From: a virus
Lineage: Duplodnaviria > Caudoviricetes
Virus record (IMG/VR): IMGVR_UViG_3300024262_006261
Coordinates: 1-55,999 of that record
Reading direction: 5' to 3' (one strand)
Length of the DNA: 55,999 bases
This document shows positions 46,325 through 55,698 of the stretch, in pieces. The position numbers and the translations under genes were made by a program. How positions within the stretch are numbered: the stretch's first letter is position 1; each line of letters starts with the position of its first letter. Under the pieces are notes generated by a model. That model searched no databases. It was not told the origin of the DNA and saw nothing but the letters and a program-made list of their open reading frames with translations.

Positions 46325-46650
46325 ACAGTTCTCTACGATTCCACCAGCAAACGTATCAAAAAGACTCTATCCTGTCCTGCCCAGGTTGAGAGAATTTCTG
46401 CTCAGAGCCTGGATTATAAATAAATGAGATAGGAGTGAACTTGATACCTGCCCTACAGGACACATCTGTATTAGATGCCCGAACATCTGAAGTTCGGATG
46501 CACCGTTCGTCGGTGCTAGGACGCTCAGTATAGAGCTTTTTATAGGATAAAGCTCCATGTGTGGAAACCTCTTTTCTGGAGGATATAGGCAACGACACAA
46601 GTTTCTTTCCACCAGAAAAGAGACCTATGCCGCCACCCTTTATTCTATTC
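46325..46650 (-). ncRNA. candidate ~320-nt multi-stem structured RNA
   Basis: GC-enriched intergenic stretch with at least 8 stems, including a crossing pair, directly downstream of a consensus promoter. Confidence 0.6.
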
Positions 46651-46656
46651 ATTATA

Positions 46657-46685
46657 ATTATAGTACCTTTTTTCACTTTTGTCAA
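46657..46685 (-). promoter_or_regulatory. consensus sigma70 promoter
   Basis: TTGACA (46685-46680), 17 nt spacer, TATAAT (46662-46657). Confidence 0.85.
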
Positions 46686-46702
46686 ATACATAATAAAAAA
46701 GT

Positions 46703-47356
46703 CTATTCTATTCTATCTACACTCAGTTCTATGGAAAGTCTTACAATGTCTTCGTCTGCATATTTCAAATCATATGTAGGTAAAGACTTCGGGAATACTT
46801 TAGCTAACTTGAACTCTTTAACCTGTATTCCCCCTCGATCTAAAAGACTGACATACATAGACATAGCATAATGATTCTTTGGAGAATAATAACCTGCAGG
46901 GCTTATCACCATATTTCGCCAACCATAAAAAAAGCTGCTAACACAATCTTTCAAAGGTTTGACAAATACCAAAGTTACTGTGCTAATACTTAATTTACCT
47001 GGAAAGAATGCTTGGTAAGGACCATATCGTAACTGGGATAAATCTCCTATGGTATAATCTCCAAACCTAACCTCTTGACAAAGAGTCGATATATCCAAAC
47101 CATCGACCCCTCCCATCTCAAAAGGCATACGCACTTCCCAATTATATGTCCTTTGCAAACTTCCGGTTTGAACCCCCGGAGGTCCTGAAAGAAATTTATA
47201 AGCCTTGGTGCCTATATCAAAAAATCGTTTATACTTGGCAACTTCAGAAACATCGTCCTTGAGTGCATACCTAGCCACGGTAAGTCCTACATCTGAAACC
47301 CTCTTTTTTCCTCCAAAAATTCTATCAACAATAGATGTATCTTTCATGCACCGCAT
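46703..47356 (-). CDS. tail tube-like protein (gp19/gp54 fold)
   Basis: 'RTYNWEV', 'FYGWRN' and 'VFPKS' tube motifs. Confidence 0.7.
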   Translation of the reverse strand: MRCMKDTSIVDRIFGGKKRVSDVGLTVARYALKDDVSEVAKYKRFFDIGTKAYKFLSGPPGVQTGSLQRTYNWEVRMPFEMGGVDGLDISTLCQEVRFGDYTIGDLSQLRYGPYQAFFPGKLSISTVTLVFVKPLKDCVSSFFYGWRNMVISPAGYYSPKNHYAMSMYVSLLDRGGIQVKEFKLAKVFPKSLPTYDLKYADEDIVRLSIELSVDRIE

Positions 47357-47359
47357 ACT

Positions 47360-47872
47360 TTAATACTTCTCCCAGTGGTCAAAGCTCCAAGTAACAGGAA
47401 GAACCACATTACCTTCTGAATCGTAAGCCAAAGCAATATCTGCTATAGATTCAGGGTAGCATCCAACCAATCGTATAGTCAATGTATTTGAATTATCTCG
47501 TGACACCATCTTAAGATATATATCGGTCTTGACATTTATATCGTCGTCTCCAGTGTTATCATAATCATCTACAAGTCGTTGGAGCCAAGCATAAAGATCC
47601 GAAAATATAGCAGCATCTTCGCCTTCTATAAAAGCACAATCCCACGTATGACTATAGGTTAGTTTCCCTGGATATTTAATACCTGCACTCTGCTTATAAG
47701 GAATTAAAATAGAACCCACAGATCTACCAGGTATGTTAGCAGACGTGCACCGAAGATTCAACGTATTAGAATCTCCTCCTCCCACCGGTAAGGGGATAAT
47801 TACCTCCCACAAATAATCACGCATAAGATTAGACAGATTTCGTCTTAATCCTTCAGATGACATAGTACTCAT
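47360..47872 (-). CDS. tail tube protein (gp19-like)
   Basis: 'SANIPG', 'YPGK', 'GCYP' and 'VTWSFDHW'; follows the sheath. Confidence 0.85.
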   Translation of the reverse strand: MSTMSSEGLRRNLSNLMRDYLWEVIIPLPVGGGDSNTLNLRCTSANIPGRSVGSILIPYKQSAGIKYPGKLTYSHTWDCAFIEGEDAAIFSDLYAWLQRLVDDYDNTGDDDINVKTDIYLKMVSRDNSNTLTIRLVGCYPESIADIALAYDSEGNVVLPVTWSFDHWEKY

Positions 47873-47906
47873 AATAAAACTCCTTACTATTCAATTTACT
47901 AATAGA

Positions 47907-49541
47907 TTAAAAAAGTACACCCTTCGTTATAAGTTCGTTAAATGACACACCTGTTGTCGTAATAATAGTCTGCAACTGTATAAACTCAGCTGATCTTATA
48001 GGTTTAACAAATATATCTACATGCAATTCATTTCTGTCTATCACAGCAGGAGTGTTATTTGTCGTACTACAAACATTAAGGTATCCTTTATCTCCTAACT
48101 CAGTTTGAAAGGCTCCCTTAGCAGACAAATTATCCATATACTCATCTAGCATTGCTGTTATTCTAAATCTTGTCAACTCACTATTAGGCTCAAACAAAAA
48201 TGTCTGCAGTGAAGTAGACACTTCTTTTTCCAACACAATAAGCAATCGTCGAACATTCACTCTATCCAAAGCAGATGGTTTAACCTGTAAAGTCTTTTGG
48301 CCCCAAATAACATTCCCTTGTCCTCTAAATGTTTGCAATGGATTAACCTGATATTTATACAGCGTATCTCTTTCGCCTTTTGTAAAGATATCAGACAAAG
48401 CCAACACATTAAGCAACCCGCGATTAAATCCTGCAGGTGCCCACCAAGCCTCTTCTACGCTGTCGTTATAAGCATACTGAGAAGCAACAAATCCTGATGG
48501 AGGCACCGTAACTACCTTATCATTGTAAGGGTCATTTATCTTGACCCAAGGAGCATACAAAGCAGCATAACTTGAGTTGATGTTTAAATCGTCTCGTCTC
48601 CAATCTGTAATTGTTTGAGCAGAAGCCAAATTAGAATAAGAGGTGTCCAAGACAGCAATACAATCTTTTCTCGCTTCTGCTATTGCTACTATTGCACTGG
48701 CTACCGTCGCAGTAGTATATCCACCGGCAATCAGTATCCTTACATCTATATCACTTGGATTTTCAAAATCACTCCAAGCTGCTGCTATTTGAGAAGCAGT
48801 AGCTTCACTCCCATTTACACCTCCAGTAGCTTGTATGTAGGTAGATGCATTTTCTTTAGGCAGCACAGTATCAGCAACATCTGTATTATCTGCGACACGA
48901 ATGTAGCTACTATAACCGTTAATTACATCTTCAAGATACACCTGCTTATTATATCCGTCAGTCTTAGTCTTACGCGACACCTTCCAAGACTCTACTAAAC
49001 TATAATTACCATCGTTATCAGGATAATAGACTTCTATTACAAATGTATATTGGTCTGCTACCTCGCAAGCATGTTCATCATCTTCATCATAATAAAGATT
49101 ATTTACATCCTTTATTATAATCTTAATATTATTTCCCCAAAGCCCCTGATTCTCAGCAAAAATACTAAATATCTCATCAGAAACAGTAGAATCATCGTAG
49201 AAGTCTGCTGCAGACTGTCCTACTGCAAACCCTGCATTATCATCACTGGAATCTTCGTTTACAATACTAATACCTGCGTATAAGGCTCCGTTGATAACAC
49301 GCTTGCAATACAATATATTACCATTTTCCAAGAAAGCCAATGCAGAATAATGGAAATAATTATTGAGCACAGGCTCTCCGTACTTGCTAATAAATTGTTG
49401 AGAATTGGTTATCAACGTCGCATCAGTTGGACCTTTCACTGAATAACCTACAATAGCCGCTGAGCTCGTAGCTATCGCAGGAACTATTGTGGACAAGTCC
49501 TTTTCCTGACTATACACACCTGCTGAAATATAATTACCCAT
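47907..49541 (-). CDS. tail sheath protein (gp18-like)
   Basis: 'GVY..EKDLS', 'WWAPAGFNRG', 'WGQKTL', 'RVNVRRL' and 'FEPN'. Confidence 0.95.
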   Translation of the reverse strand: MGNYISAGVYSQEKDLSTIVPAIATSSAAIVGYSVKGPTDATLITNSQQFISKYGEPVLNNYFHYSALAFLENGNILYCKRVINGALYAGISIVNEDSSDDNAGFAVGQSAADFYDDSTVSDEIFSIFAENQGLWGNNIKIIIKDVNNLYYDEDDEHACEVADQYTFVIEVYYPDNDGNYSLVESWKVSRKTKTDGYNKQVYLEDVINGYSSYIRVADNTDVADTVLPKENASTYIQATGGVNGSEATASQIAAAWSDFENPSDIDVRILIAGGYTTATVASAIVAIAEARKDCIAVLDTSYSNLASAQTITDWRRDDLNINSSYAALYAPWVKINDPYNDKVVTVPPSGFVASQYAYNDSVEEAWWAPAGFNRGLLNVLALSDIFTKGERDTLYKYQVNPLQTFRGQGNVIWGQKTLQVKPSALDRVNVRRLLIVLEKEVSTSLQTFLFEPNSELTRFRITAMLDEYMDNLSAKGAFQTELGDKGYLNVCSTTNNTPAVIDRNELHVDIFVKPIRSAEFIQLQTIITTTGVSFNELITKGVLF

Positions 49542-49558
49542 GATATTACTCCTTATAT

Positions 49559-50290
49559 TTACAAATCATCTTCTGTTATTGTATCACTACACAATAACAA
49601 ATCTTCATTAGGTTCGTCAATAAAATCTTCTATATCCTCATCTTCTATTTCGTCTCGGTCGTAAACCTTAAGATAGATTGTTTTGATAGTCTTAATCTGA
49701 GCATCACTAAATGTCCAACCTTCTACTTCTACGGGCACCCTAGAAACGTAATAAGTACCCCGCTTGTACAAATCATCCAAAGGAGACTCATCAAATATCT
49801 CTCCTGTTATTCTTACGTTAAGATCAACAGGATATGTCTCATCAAAATACAATCTAACATAAGGTGTATTATGCTCCCAAAACAAGCATTCTTCCGCTAT
49901 ACTATTTAGCTTATCCCTATCCAAACTCCAAAACCATAGGTTATAGGACATGATTGTAGGAACAGCTTTTATTCTCACAACACCGGTATGCTCTGATACC
50001 TCTCCACTATCGTCCAAACTGTCTGTATAAGAAACAAGGATTCCTCTACGAGCAGCCGGCATTGTCAATCGTTTACGGTCAAGAACAGTTGACTCTCTCC
50101 AAAGATTCATAAAGTCCATTCTTGTCCGTTCTCTCATATCAGATATCTTTCTAAAAGCAACTGGCTTAGGGTAAAGAACAATATTCTCCCGCAGCACATC
50201 CAACGCAGTAAAGCCCATTATAGAATAGAACTTAGACCAAATAGCTGCTCGCACCCCTTCATCAATTATCTTTAAGAATGTTTCTGCCAT
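49559..50290 (-). CDS. putative tail terminator / sheath stabilizer (gp15-like)
   Basis: Position just upstream of the sheath; 'AVP...SYNL' pattern. Confidence 0.5.
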   Translation of the reverse strand: MAETFLKIIDEGVRAAIWSKFYSIMGFTALDVLRENIVLYPKPVAFRKISDMRERTRMDFMNLWRESTVLDRKRLTMPAARRGILVSYTDSLDDSGEVSEHTGVVRIKAVPTIMSYNLWFWSLDRDKLNSIAEECLFWEHNTPYVRLYFDETYPVDLNVRITGEIFDESPLDDLYKRGTYYVSRVPVEVEGWTFSDAQIKTIKTIYLKVYDRDEIEDEDIEDFIDEPNEDLLLCSDTITEDDL

Positions 50291-50931
50291 TATCTATACT
50301 TATCCAAATCTGAACCTGGTATCGCACCTATTCCTAATTTACCTGCTATAGGATTACCCTTAAAATAAAAACCCCCTCCTACACTCTCCGGTGCTCCTTC
50401 TAAAGTTTCTAATTTATTATAATAACAATAAAAATTCCTTCCTACCTTCTTTGGTGCTCCTTCTAAAGTCTCTAATTTATTATTAGAACAACTAAAATCC
50501 CCTCCTACCTTCTCCGGTGCTCCTTCTAAAGTTTCTAAATTATTATTAGAACAACCAAAATGCCCTCCTACTATCTTAGGACCTCCTTCTAAGGTTTCTA
50601 ATTTATTATAATAACAATAGAAATGCCCTCCTACCTTCTCCGGTGCTCCGTCTAAAGTTTCTAAATTATTAGAACAATAAAAACCCCCTTTAACTTCCTT
50701 AAATCTAACAGGAATCTTAGTCAATCCCATATCACTAATATCTACATTTCCTTCGCAACTATAACTACCATCTGTATTTAATGTACATTTACCTTCTTTT
50801 AATTTATCTTCAATCTTCTCCCTATCTCTTTTTTTCATTTCTTCTCTAGATATAGGTTTGAAGACGTCACTAAATCTGTCTTGTTCTTTTATTTTATTGT
50901 ATAGTTCGTTTAACATATTATCAAAAAACAC
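50290..50931 (-). CDS. LRR-like repeat protein with shared N-terminal leader
   Basis: Five ~22-aa repeats 'LETLEGAPEKVGGxFxCxxN'. Confidence 0.75.
   Translation of the reverse strand: MFFDNMLNELYNKIKEQDRFSDVFKPISREEMKKRDREKIEDKLKEGKCTLNTDGSYSCEGNVDISDMGLTKIPVRFKEVKGGFYCSNNLETLDGAPEKVGGHFYCYYNKLETLEGGPKIVGGHFGCSNNNLETLEGAPEKVGGDFSCSNNKLETLEGAPKKVGRNFYCYYNKLETLEGAPESVGGGFYFKGNPIAGKLGIGAIPGSDLDKYR
50365..50690 (-). repeat. ~66-nt coding tandem repeat (about 5 copies)
   Basis: Recurring GGTGCTCCTTCTAAAGTTTCTAA units on the + strand. Confidence 0.85.
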
Positions 50932-51637
50932 TCTTATCTATTCCAAATTTCTCCCTCATATAATCCAAATCATGAGGCTTATCATTTTCATCCCAAGCCG
51001 TTGATTTTCCATTAGGCTCGACTTGCACATTAAATTTTATTCTTGTCTCCTTTTGCACAATAATATAGAACATATTATTTTGATAATAAAAATCTTTCCA
51101 ATGCAGTACACCTCTTTCTCCCTCATAAGATACACACCAAGAGATTTTTCCTTTACGCTCTCCTTTGGTACATACAGCATCTACTGCCACAGCAATAGCA
51201 TGAGAAGCCTCATAAGTCAAAGGTTGAACTATCAAAAATTCATCATCGTCGCGGTGAACAATCATCTGACTTTTTAGACCCTTACCAGAAGACTTTGACT
51301 TTAATCGCTCCCCAGGTTCCATCACACTCAAAGCTTGTTCTAATTCCTCACGATTAGCATATTGATAAATATCTACACCTTCTCCTGTTATTCTCTTACG
51401 CATTACTGCTTGGTCGAATAACCTTATATCATCTACCGTATGTTCTGGTCGGGTAGGGTCGTTTGCATACTCCCTGGCCATCCATTCTACATACTTCTTC
51501 TTTCGAGAAGGGTCTCCCCTAACAAACATATCGAAGACGTCTTCAGGCACCTTACCAGTATCTACATATTTAGCCCTAGCAGAGGAAACACCTTCTTTTA
51601 CCATATCATATAATTCATCTAACATAATATTCCTCAT
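50921..51637 (-). CDS. hypothetical protein (possible internal head protein)
   Basis: N-terminus 'MLDELYDMVKE' resembles neighbours; 'DPSRKKKYVEW' and 'SWCVS'. Confidence 0.65.
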   Translation of the reverse strand: MRNIMLDELYDMVKEGVSSARAKYVDTGKVPEDVFDMFVRGDPSRKKKYVEWMAREYANDPTRPEHTVDDIRLFDQAVMRKRITGEGVDIYQYANREELEQALSVMEPGERLKSKSSGKGLKSQMIVHRDDDEFLIVQPLTYEASHAIAVAVDAVCTKGERKGKISWCVSYEGERGVLHWKDFYYQNNMFYIIVQKETRIKFNVQVEPNGKSTAWDENDKPHDLDYMREKFGIDKSVF

Positions 51638-52200
51638 AACCTCCCCACAAAAAAAGGAGACACTCTAGATATATCCTCTTCGCCTAATTCTTCTAGCTCA
51701 CTAATTTGCACGTTGCTAATCTCTAATGCACCTTCCTTATGCATATCCTCCTCTCCACTCTCTACATAACTAATAATTGTATTTTTCACATCGCTTTCGT
51801 CAAACTCTTCATAAGATATAATACATACAACACCTGAAAATGTTCCTGTTGTGTTATAATTCCAAACAGCCTCCTCGTCAGATACCATCGTCTTCCGCAA
51901 ATTAGACGTAGATACATCTAAAATCACCTTGTCTCCTTCGTCATCTAAAGCATCATTGATTGTCATCTCTAAAACGCCTGCAAGGCCTTCAGCTTCCTCA
52001 TATTCATCATATGTCCAACTAACCTCTCCTGCTATACGACTAATATAAAGAAAATCGTCTTCTAATCTTTTCTTCAACTTCAACTCTGTCTCTATTCTTC
52101 TTTCTTCCTCTCTCTTCGTCATCTCTTCCCGAGATATAGGTTTAAAGACATCACTAAATCTATTCTCTTCTCTTATTTGATTGTATAAATCGTTTAGCAT
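51634..52200 (-). CDS. acidic hypothetical protein with shared leader
   Basis: 'MLNDLYNQIREENRFSDVFKPISREE'. Confidence 0.7.
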   Translation of the reverse strand: MLNDLYNQIREENRFSDVFKPISREEMTKREEERRIETELKLKKRLEDDFLYISRIAGEVSWTYDEYEEAEGLAGVLEMTINDALDDEGDKVILDVSTSNLRKTMVSDEEAVWNYNTTGTFSGVVCIISYEEFDESDVKNTIISYVESGEEDMHKEGALEISNVQISELEELGEEDISRVSPFFVGRL

Positions 52201-52203
52201 GTC

Positions 52204-52806
52204 TTACTCACCTTTTCTTACTTCCTTCAAGTCCATAATCTTAACATCAGATAATTCCATCATACCCAATGAAGACTCTGCATATATACGAGTACCAAAA
52301 ATATTAGCTACGGTAACTTCGTCTAATTTCTTATAAGAAAGAATAGTAAAATTTCCTAGAAATAAGCAAACAAAACACTCTTCATCCTCATCTTCCAAAT
52401 CCTTCTCTGATCGAACATCTATTATTTCTATATCCCATTCTAAATCTATATTTGCATCTTTTCCACCAATACTCATTATTAATTCATCAGCAAGCTTTTC
52501 GGGGTCTGGTTCAAAATCCTCTCCCCAAGTAATCTCCCCTTCTATATCTCCCGTATAAAGAAAACCATAATCAGAATCTTCTAATTTTTTCTTTTCCCTC
52601 TTCTCCATTTCCTCTCTTCCCCTCTCTTTTTCATCTCTTCTTTCCTTCTTCCTCTTCTCCATTTCCTCTTTTCTTTTCTCGAATCTTTTCTTTTCCTCCT
52701 CCGCATACTCCCTATTTCTTTTATCTCTCTCTTCTCTAGAAATAGGTTTAAAGACATCACTAAATCTGTCCTGTTCTCTTATTTTGTTGTATAGTTCAAT
52801 CAACAT
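52204..52806 (-). CDS. acidic/charged hypothetical protein with shared leader
   Basis: 'MLIELYNKIREQDRFSDVFKPISREE'. Confidence 0.7.
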   Translation of the reverse strand: MLIELYNKIREQDRFSDVFKPISREERDKRNREYAEEEKKRFEKRKEEMEKRKKERRDEKERGREEMEKREKKKLEDSDYGFLYTGDIEGEITWGEDFEPDPEKLADELIMSIGGKDANIDLEWDIEIIDVRSEKDLEDEDEECFVCLFLGNFTILSYKKLDEVTVANIFGTRIYAESSLGMMELSDVKIMDLKEVRKGE

Positions 52807-52874
52807 ACCTAAGCCTTAGATTCTTCTACCAAATCCTAACGACATCTGACAAACTCACATAAACCTATACCCTA

Positions 52875-53108
52875 TTACCCATTGATAACAGAGCCCCGTT
52901 TTATCGTAATCTCGCTAAGGTCACTCTTATCCACAGCAGTCATGACTTCTGTAAGATTCTCCGTTACCTTGACTCTTTCTCCTAAATCTTTTAGATTAGT
53001 AACATCTCCTCTTTCTACACTCTTATTAGGTGAAAGGGTTCGACTACCACCACCGCCTAACCTAAGCTCTACATTTTTCGCCGAGACATTTTTTATAATA
53101 CTCATCAC
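52875..53108 (-). CDS. hypothetical protein
   Basis: 77 aa; start abuts the endonuclease stop. Confidence 0.55.
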   Translation of the reverse strand: MMSIIKNVSAKNVELRLGGGGSRTLSPNKSVERGDVTNLKDLGERVKVTENLTEVMTAVDKSDLSEITIKRGSVING

Positions 53109-53851
53109 TAAATCTCCCTATGAAAAACTCGTAACTTCTTTTTTAATTGAGGTGTATTTTTTAATTCTTCTTGCCAGACAATCAAAGTTTTAAATCCATA
53201 CCTTGCAAAATGTGCTATTCTTTGATTTTCCTCTTGTTCTTTTGTTCTCCCTGTTTTTTCTTTAGAATGCCAATAATTTCCAAACATTTCTATAATCTTC
53301 TTCTGACCATTTACATTTATAAAATCAGGATTCTTACCTACTATCCAAACCTTTCCATCTCCAACGTATTTGTATTCACCCGGAAACATCTTATTCAAAC
53401 CGTTTCTTAATCTCCGTTCTGGTTTAGTTGGTTTCATATCAAAAGATTTAATCATCCTTTTAGCAAATTCGGGGTTTTGCCAATTCTTTAGTGCTATTTT
53501 ACTCTTCTTTTTCTTGATTTCTTCAGATTGACGATGCCCCAAACTATTTTTAAGTCCTATATGGGATATACTCATTTTTCTTTTCGTTTCTTTTGATAAA
53601 GGTTTTCTTTTACGACCTTTATGAGACTCACTTATTTTTTTCTTAGCTTCCTCAGAGTGACGATATCCCAAAGCATTTTGGTTTCCTATATGAGAAATAC
53701 TCATTTTTTTCTTGGCTTCTTCAGAATGTCTTTTTCCCAAATGGGATTCACGCATTTTCTTTAAGGTCTCCTTAGAAAGATTTTCTCTTTTCGAAGATAG
53801 ACTCATTTTTTTCTTGGCTTCTTCTGTTCTTATATAAACGCCACTTGGCAA
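53108..53851 (-). CDS. putative homing endonuclease (NUMOD3-like repeats plus Vsr-like nuclease), paralog of 2557..3390
   Basis: 'HSEEAKKKMS' repeats; nuclease domain nearly identical to that of 2557..3390. Confidence 0.8.
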   Translation of the reverse strand: MPSGVYIRTEEAKKKMSLSSKRENLSKETLKKMRESHLGKRHSEEAKKKMSISHIGNQNALGYRHSEEAKKKISESHKGRKRKPLSKETKRKMSISHIGLKNSLGHRQSEEIKKKKSKIALKNWQNPEFAKRMIKSFDMKPTKPERRLRNGLNKMFPGEYKYVGDGKVWIVGKNPDFINVNGQKKIIEMFGNYWHSKEKTGRTKEQEENQRIAHFARYGFKTLIVWQEELKNTPQLKKKLRVFHREI

Positions 53852-53854
53852 TTT

Positions 53855-54331
53855 TCAGATCTCCACTCTACGAGGAGCAATAATATATTGCTTGTTCGTT
53901 ACAGCATCGTGAATATGCCCTAACATAATATCTATTATACTAAACTCCTCTATCCCATCATAGGAAAATGTTTCAGGAACATAATTCATCCCTATTTTAA
54001 TATAACTACCCTTCAATATATTTACTGCACTATTAGAACCACTATCGTTCTTAGCAGTCCTGGCAAACCTAGCCAAAATAGGCAACTCATCTTCCACGTG
54101 CATCCCTAGAGCACGAAGTCTATATATATTAGGTGTCCATTCTATCCAAACCTTAGTCGTATAATGCTCAAAGGTTGCATCAGTAGGCTTAGCATATATA
54201 TCTAACGCATCTACTGCAACAGGATTGCTAATTATATACAAATCACAATCTATACCATAATTATCTACAGATACATCGCCCATCTTTCTCAGGGCTTCCA
54301 CAGTCTCATCTGGTATCATGTTAGACATCAA
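53855..54331 (-). CDS. putative neck / head-completion protein
   Basis: 'YGIDCDLY' and 'LRALG...ED.LP' resemble gp14-like proteins; position. Confidence 0.45.
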   Translation of the reverse strand: MMSNMIPDETVEALRKMGDVSVDNYGIDCDLYIISNPVAVDALDIYAKPTDATFEHYTTKVWIEWTPNIYRLRALGMHVEDELPILARFARTAKNDSGSNSAVNILKGSYIKIGMNYVPETFSYDGIEEFSIIDIMLGHIHDAVTNKQYIIAPRRVEI

Positions 54332-55698
54332 TAACCACCTAATAGTCCTTGAATTATCTCAACTTCCTCAGGATTAATACTATCGTCTTCCATCATTGCT
54401 TCCAAGTCTTTAATCAACCGCATATAATTATACCTATCCAAAAACTTGAATAGAGCATTTTTATCTTTCCATTTCTTAGCTAACTCTATATCATCCAATG
54501 CTTGTTGAGGAGAAGTAGGAGTCGAAGCAGCTTTCCGCATATCTATCCAACCTTGTTTTGTAGACATCAATTTACTTATATCGTCTTCTATTTCCTTCAA
54601 CTTCTCCTGTGAACGAGTGAGTAAATTGTTCTTTTCCTCCTTGCTCATCCCACTCACTGCCTTTTTAATAACACCATAGTCTATAACATCCCTCTTCAAT
54701 TCGCCAAAGAGCAAGTCAGCATTCTTCGCCTCTGCTTTTACATCATCTAGAATATTACCAAACTCTTCATAGGGGTCGTAATCAGCAGGGTGAATTGTAG
54801 GTCCCTTAATCCAATCATCTGTTGTTATATTATAAACAGCATCGCTGAGCAACTCTTGTTCTTCGTCGAGTTGGATATAGACTTCTACAGGATGCTCTCC
54901 TATATAGATGTTTAAATCATCTCGACTTGCCTTATACCACTTGAACACCTCTTTCTGAAAAGCATTCATATCTCCTATGCTATCTTCTATACCCTCCTTA
55001 GGTATAATATGAATATCTATATCAGCATCTGATTGATAAGTATTCGTTCCTATAGAACCCGTTATATGTATTGCTTTTGCAAGGTCCATCAAATCCACTG
55101 GTTTATATAAAGCCAAGGTTGAATATATATGGTCCTTTACCTCAGGCTTCAAAGAATATACACCATTGGATTCATCCCAAATAGCAGGGTCCAAAGACTT
55201 CTGAGGAAAGTCTATTGTAGATTCTGTAACTGGTTTTACCATTTTATACTTTCTTATATTGCCCATAAATTCTTGCCAAGAAGAACCTTTTGCAAATATT
55301 AAAGAAGATTCATCCTCTAACTTCATTAAACCATCTATATTTGAAACATCCACCTTAGCTAATTCATAATGTACATCGTCAACATTCTGACTATATTCTC
55401 TTAGAACCTTCAACTGGGAAGAAGTTAAACTGTTACATATATTAAAAGACATTACAGTCTCTAACGCGTCTTCAAATACCTGTATTCTCACCAAATCAAA
55501 TAATGCAGTATATAACCAAAAAGCCACAAGAGGATCTATGCCACGGTATTCGTCTGATGTCTTTCTAAAATAATCCGTTGCAATACCAACGTGTCCTGAA
55601 GAAGTAAAATCTTCAACGTAACCATCAGGATATATCCAGCCGGTAAAGTTCTTATAATCCTCATTAAGAACAACCAAATTATCGTATAGTTCTCGCAT
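54328..55698 (-). CDS. nucleotidyltransferase (Pol beta superfamily) domain protein
   Basis: 'ITGSIGTNTYQSDADIDIHI' (GS..DxD) and 'HPVEVYIQ'. Confidence 0.8.
   Translation of the reverse strand: MRELYDNLVVLNEDYKNFTGWIYPDGYVEDFTSSGHVGIATDYFRKTSDEYRGIDPLVAFWLYTALFDLVRIQVFEDALETVMSFNICNSLTSSQLKVLREYSQNVDDVHYELAKVDVSNIDGLMKLEDESSLIFAKGSSWQEFMGNIRKYKMVKPVTESTIDFPQKSLDPAIWDESNGVYSLKPEVKDHIYSTLALYKPVDLMDLAKAIHITGSIGTNTYQSDADIDIHIIPKEGIEDSIGDMNAFQKEVFKWYKASRDDLNIYIGEHPVEVYIQLDEEQELLSDAVYNITTDDWIKGPTIHPADYDPYEEFGNILDDVKAEAKNADLLFGELKRDVIDYGVIKKAVSGMSKEEKNNLLTRSQEKLKEIEDDISKLMSTKQGWIDMRKAASTPTSPQQALDDIELAKKWKDKNALFKFLDRYNYMRLIKDLEAMMEDDSINPEEVEIIQGLLGGY

Noticed and set aside
46325-46650. tmRNA or tRNA (CCACCA at 46341-46346)
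   Set aside because: No T-arm GTTCGA motif or acceptor stem, and the CCA is on the strand opposite the promoter
46356-46871. Several short overlapping ORFs in the 46.3-46.9 kb gap
   Set aside because: No recognisable motifs; the longest starts upstream of or within the promoter; the dense stems are better explained as RNA structure
50365-50690. Diversity-generating retroelement target
   Set aside because: No reverse transcriptase or separate template repeat in the window; the repeats are in-frame tandem units
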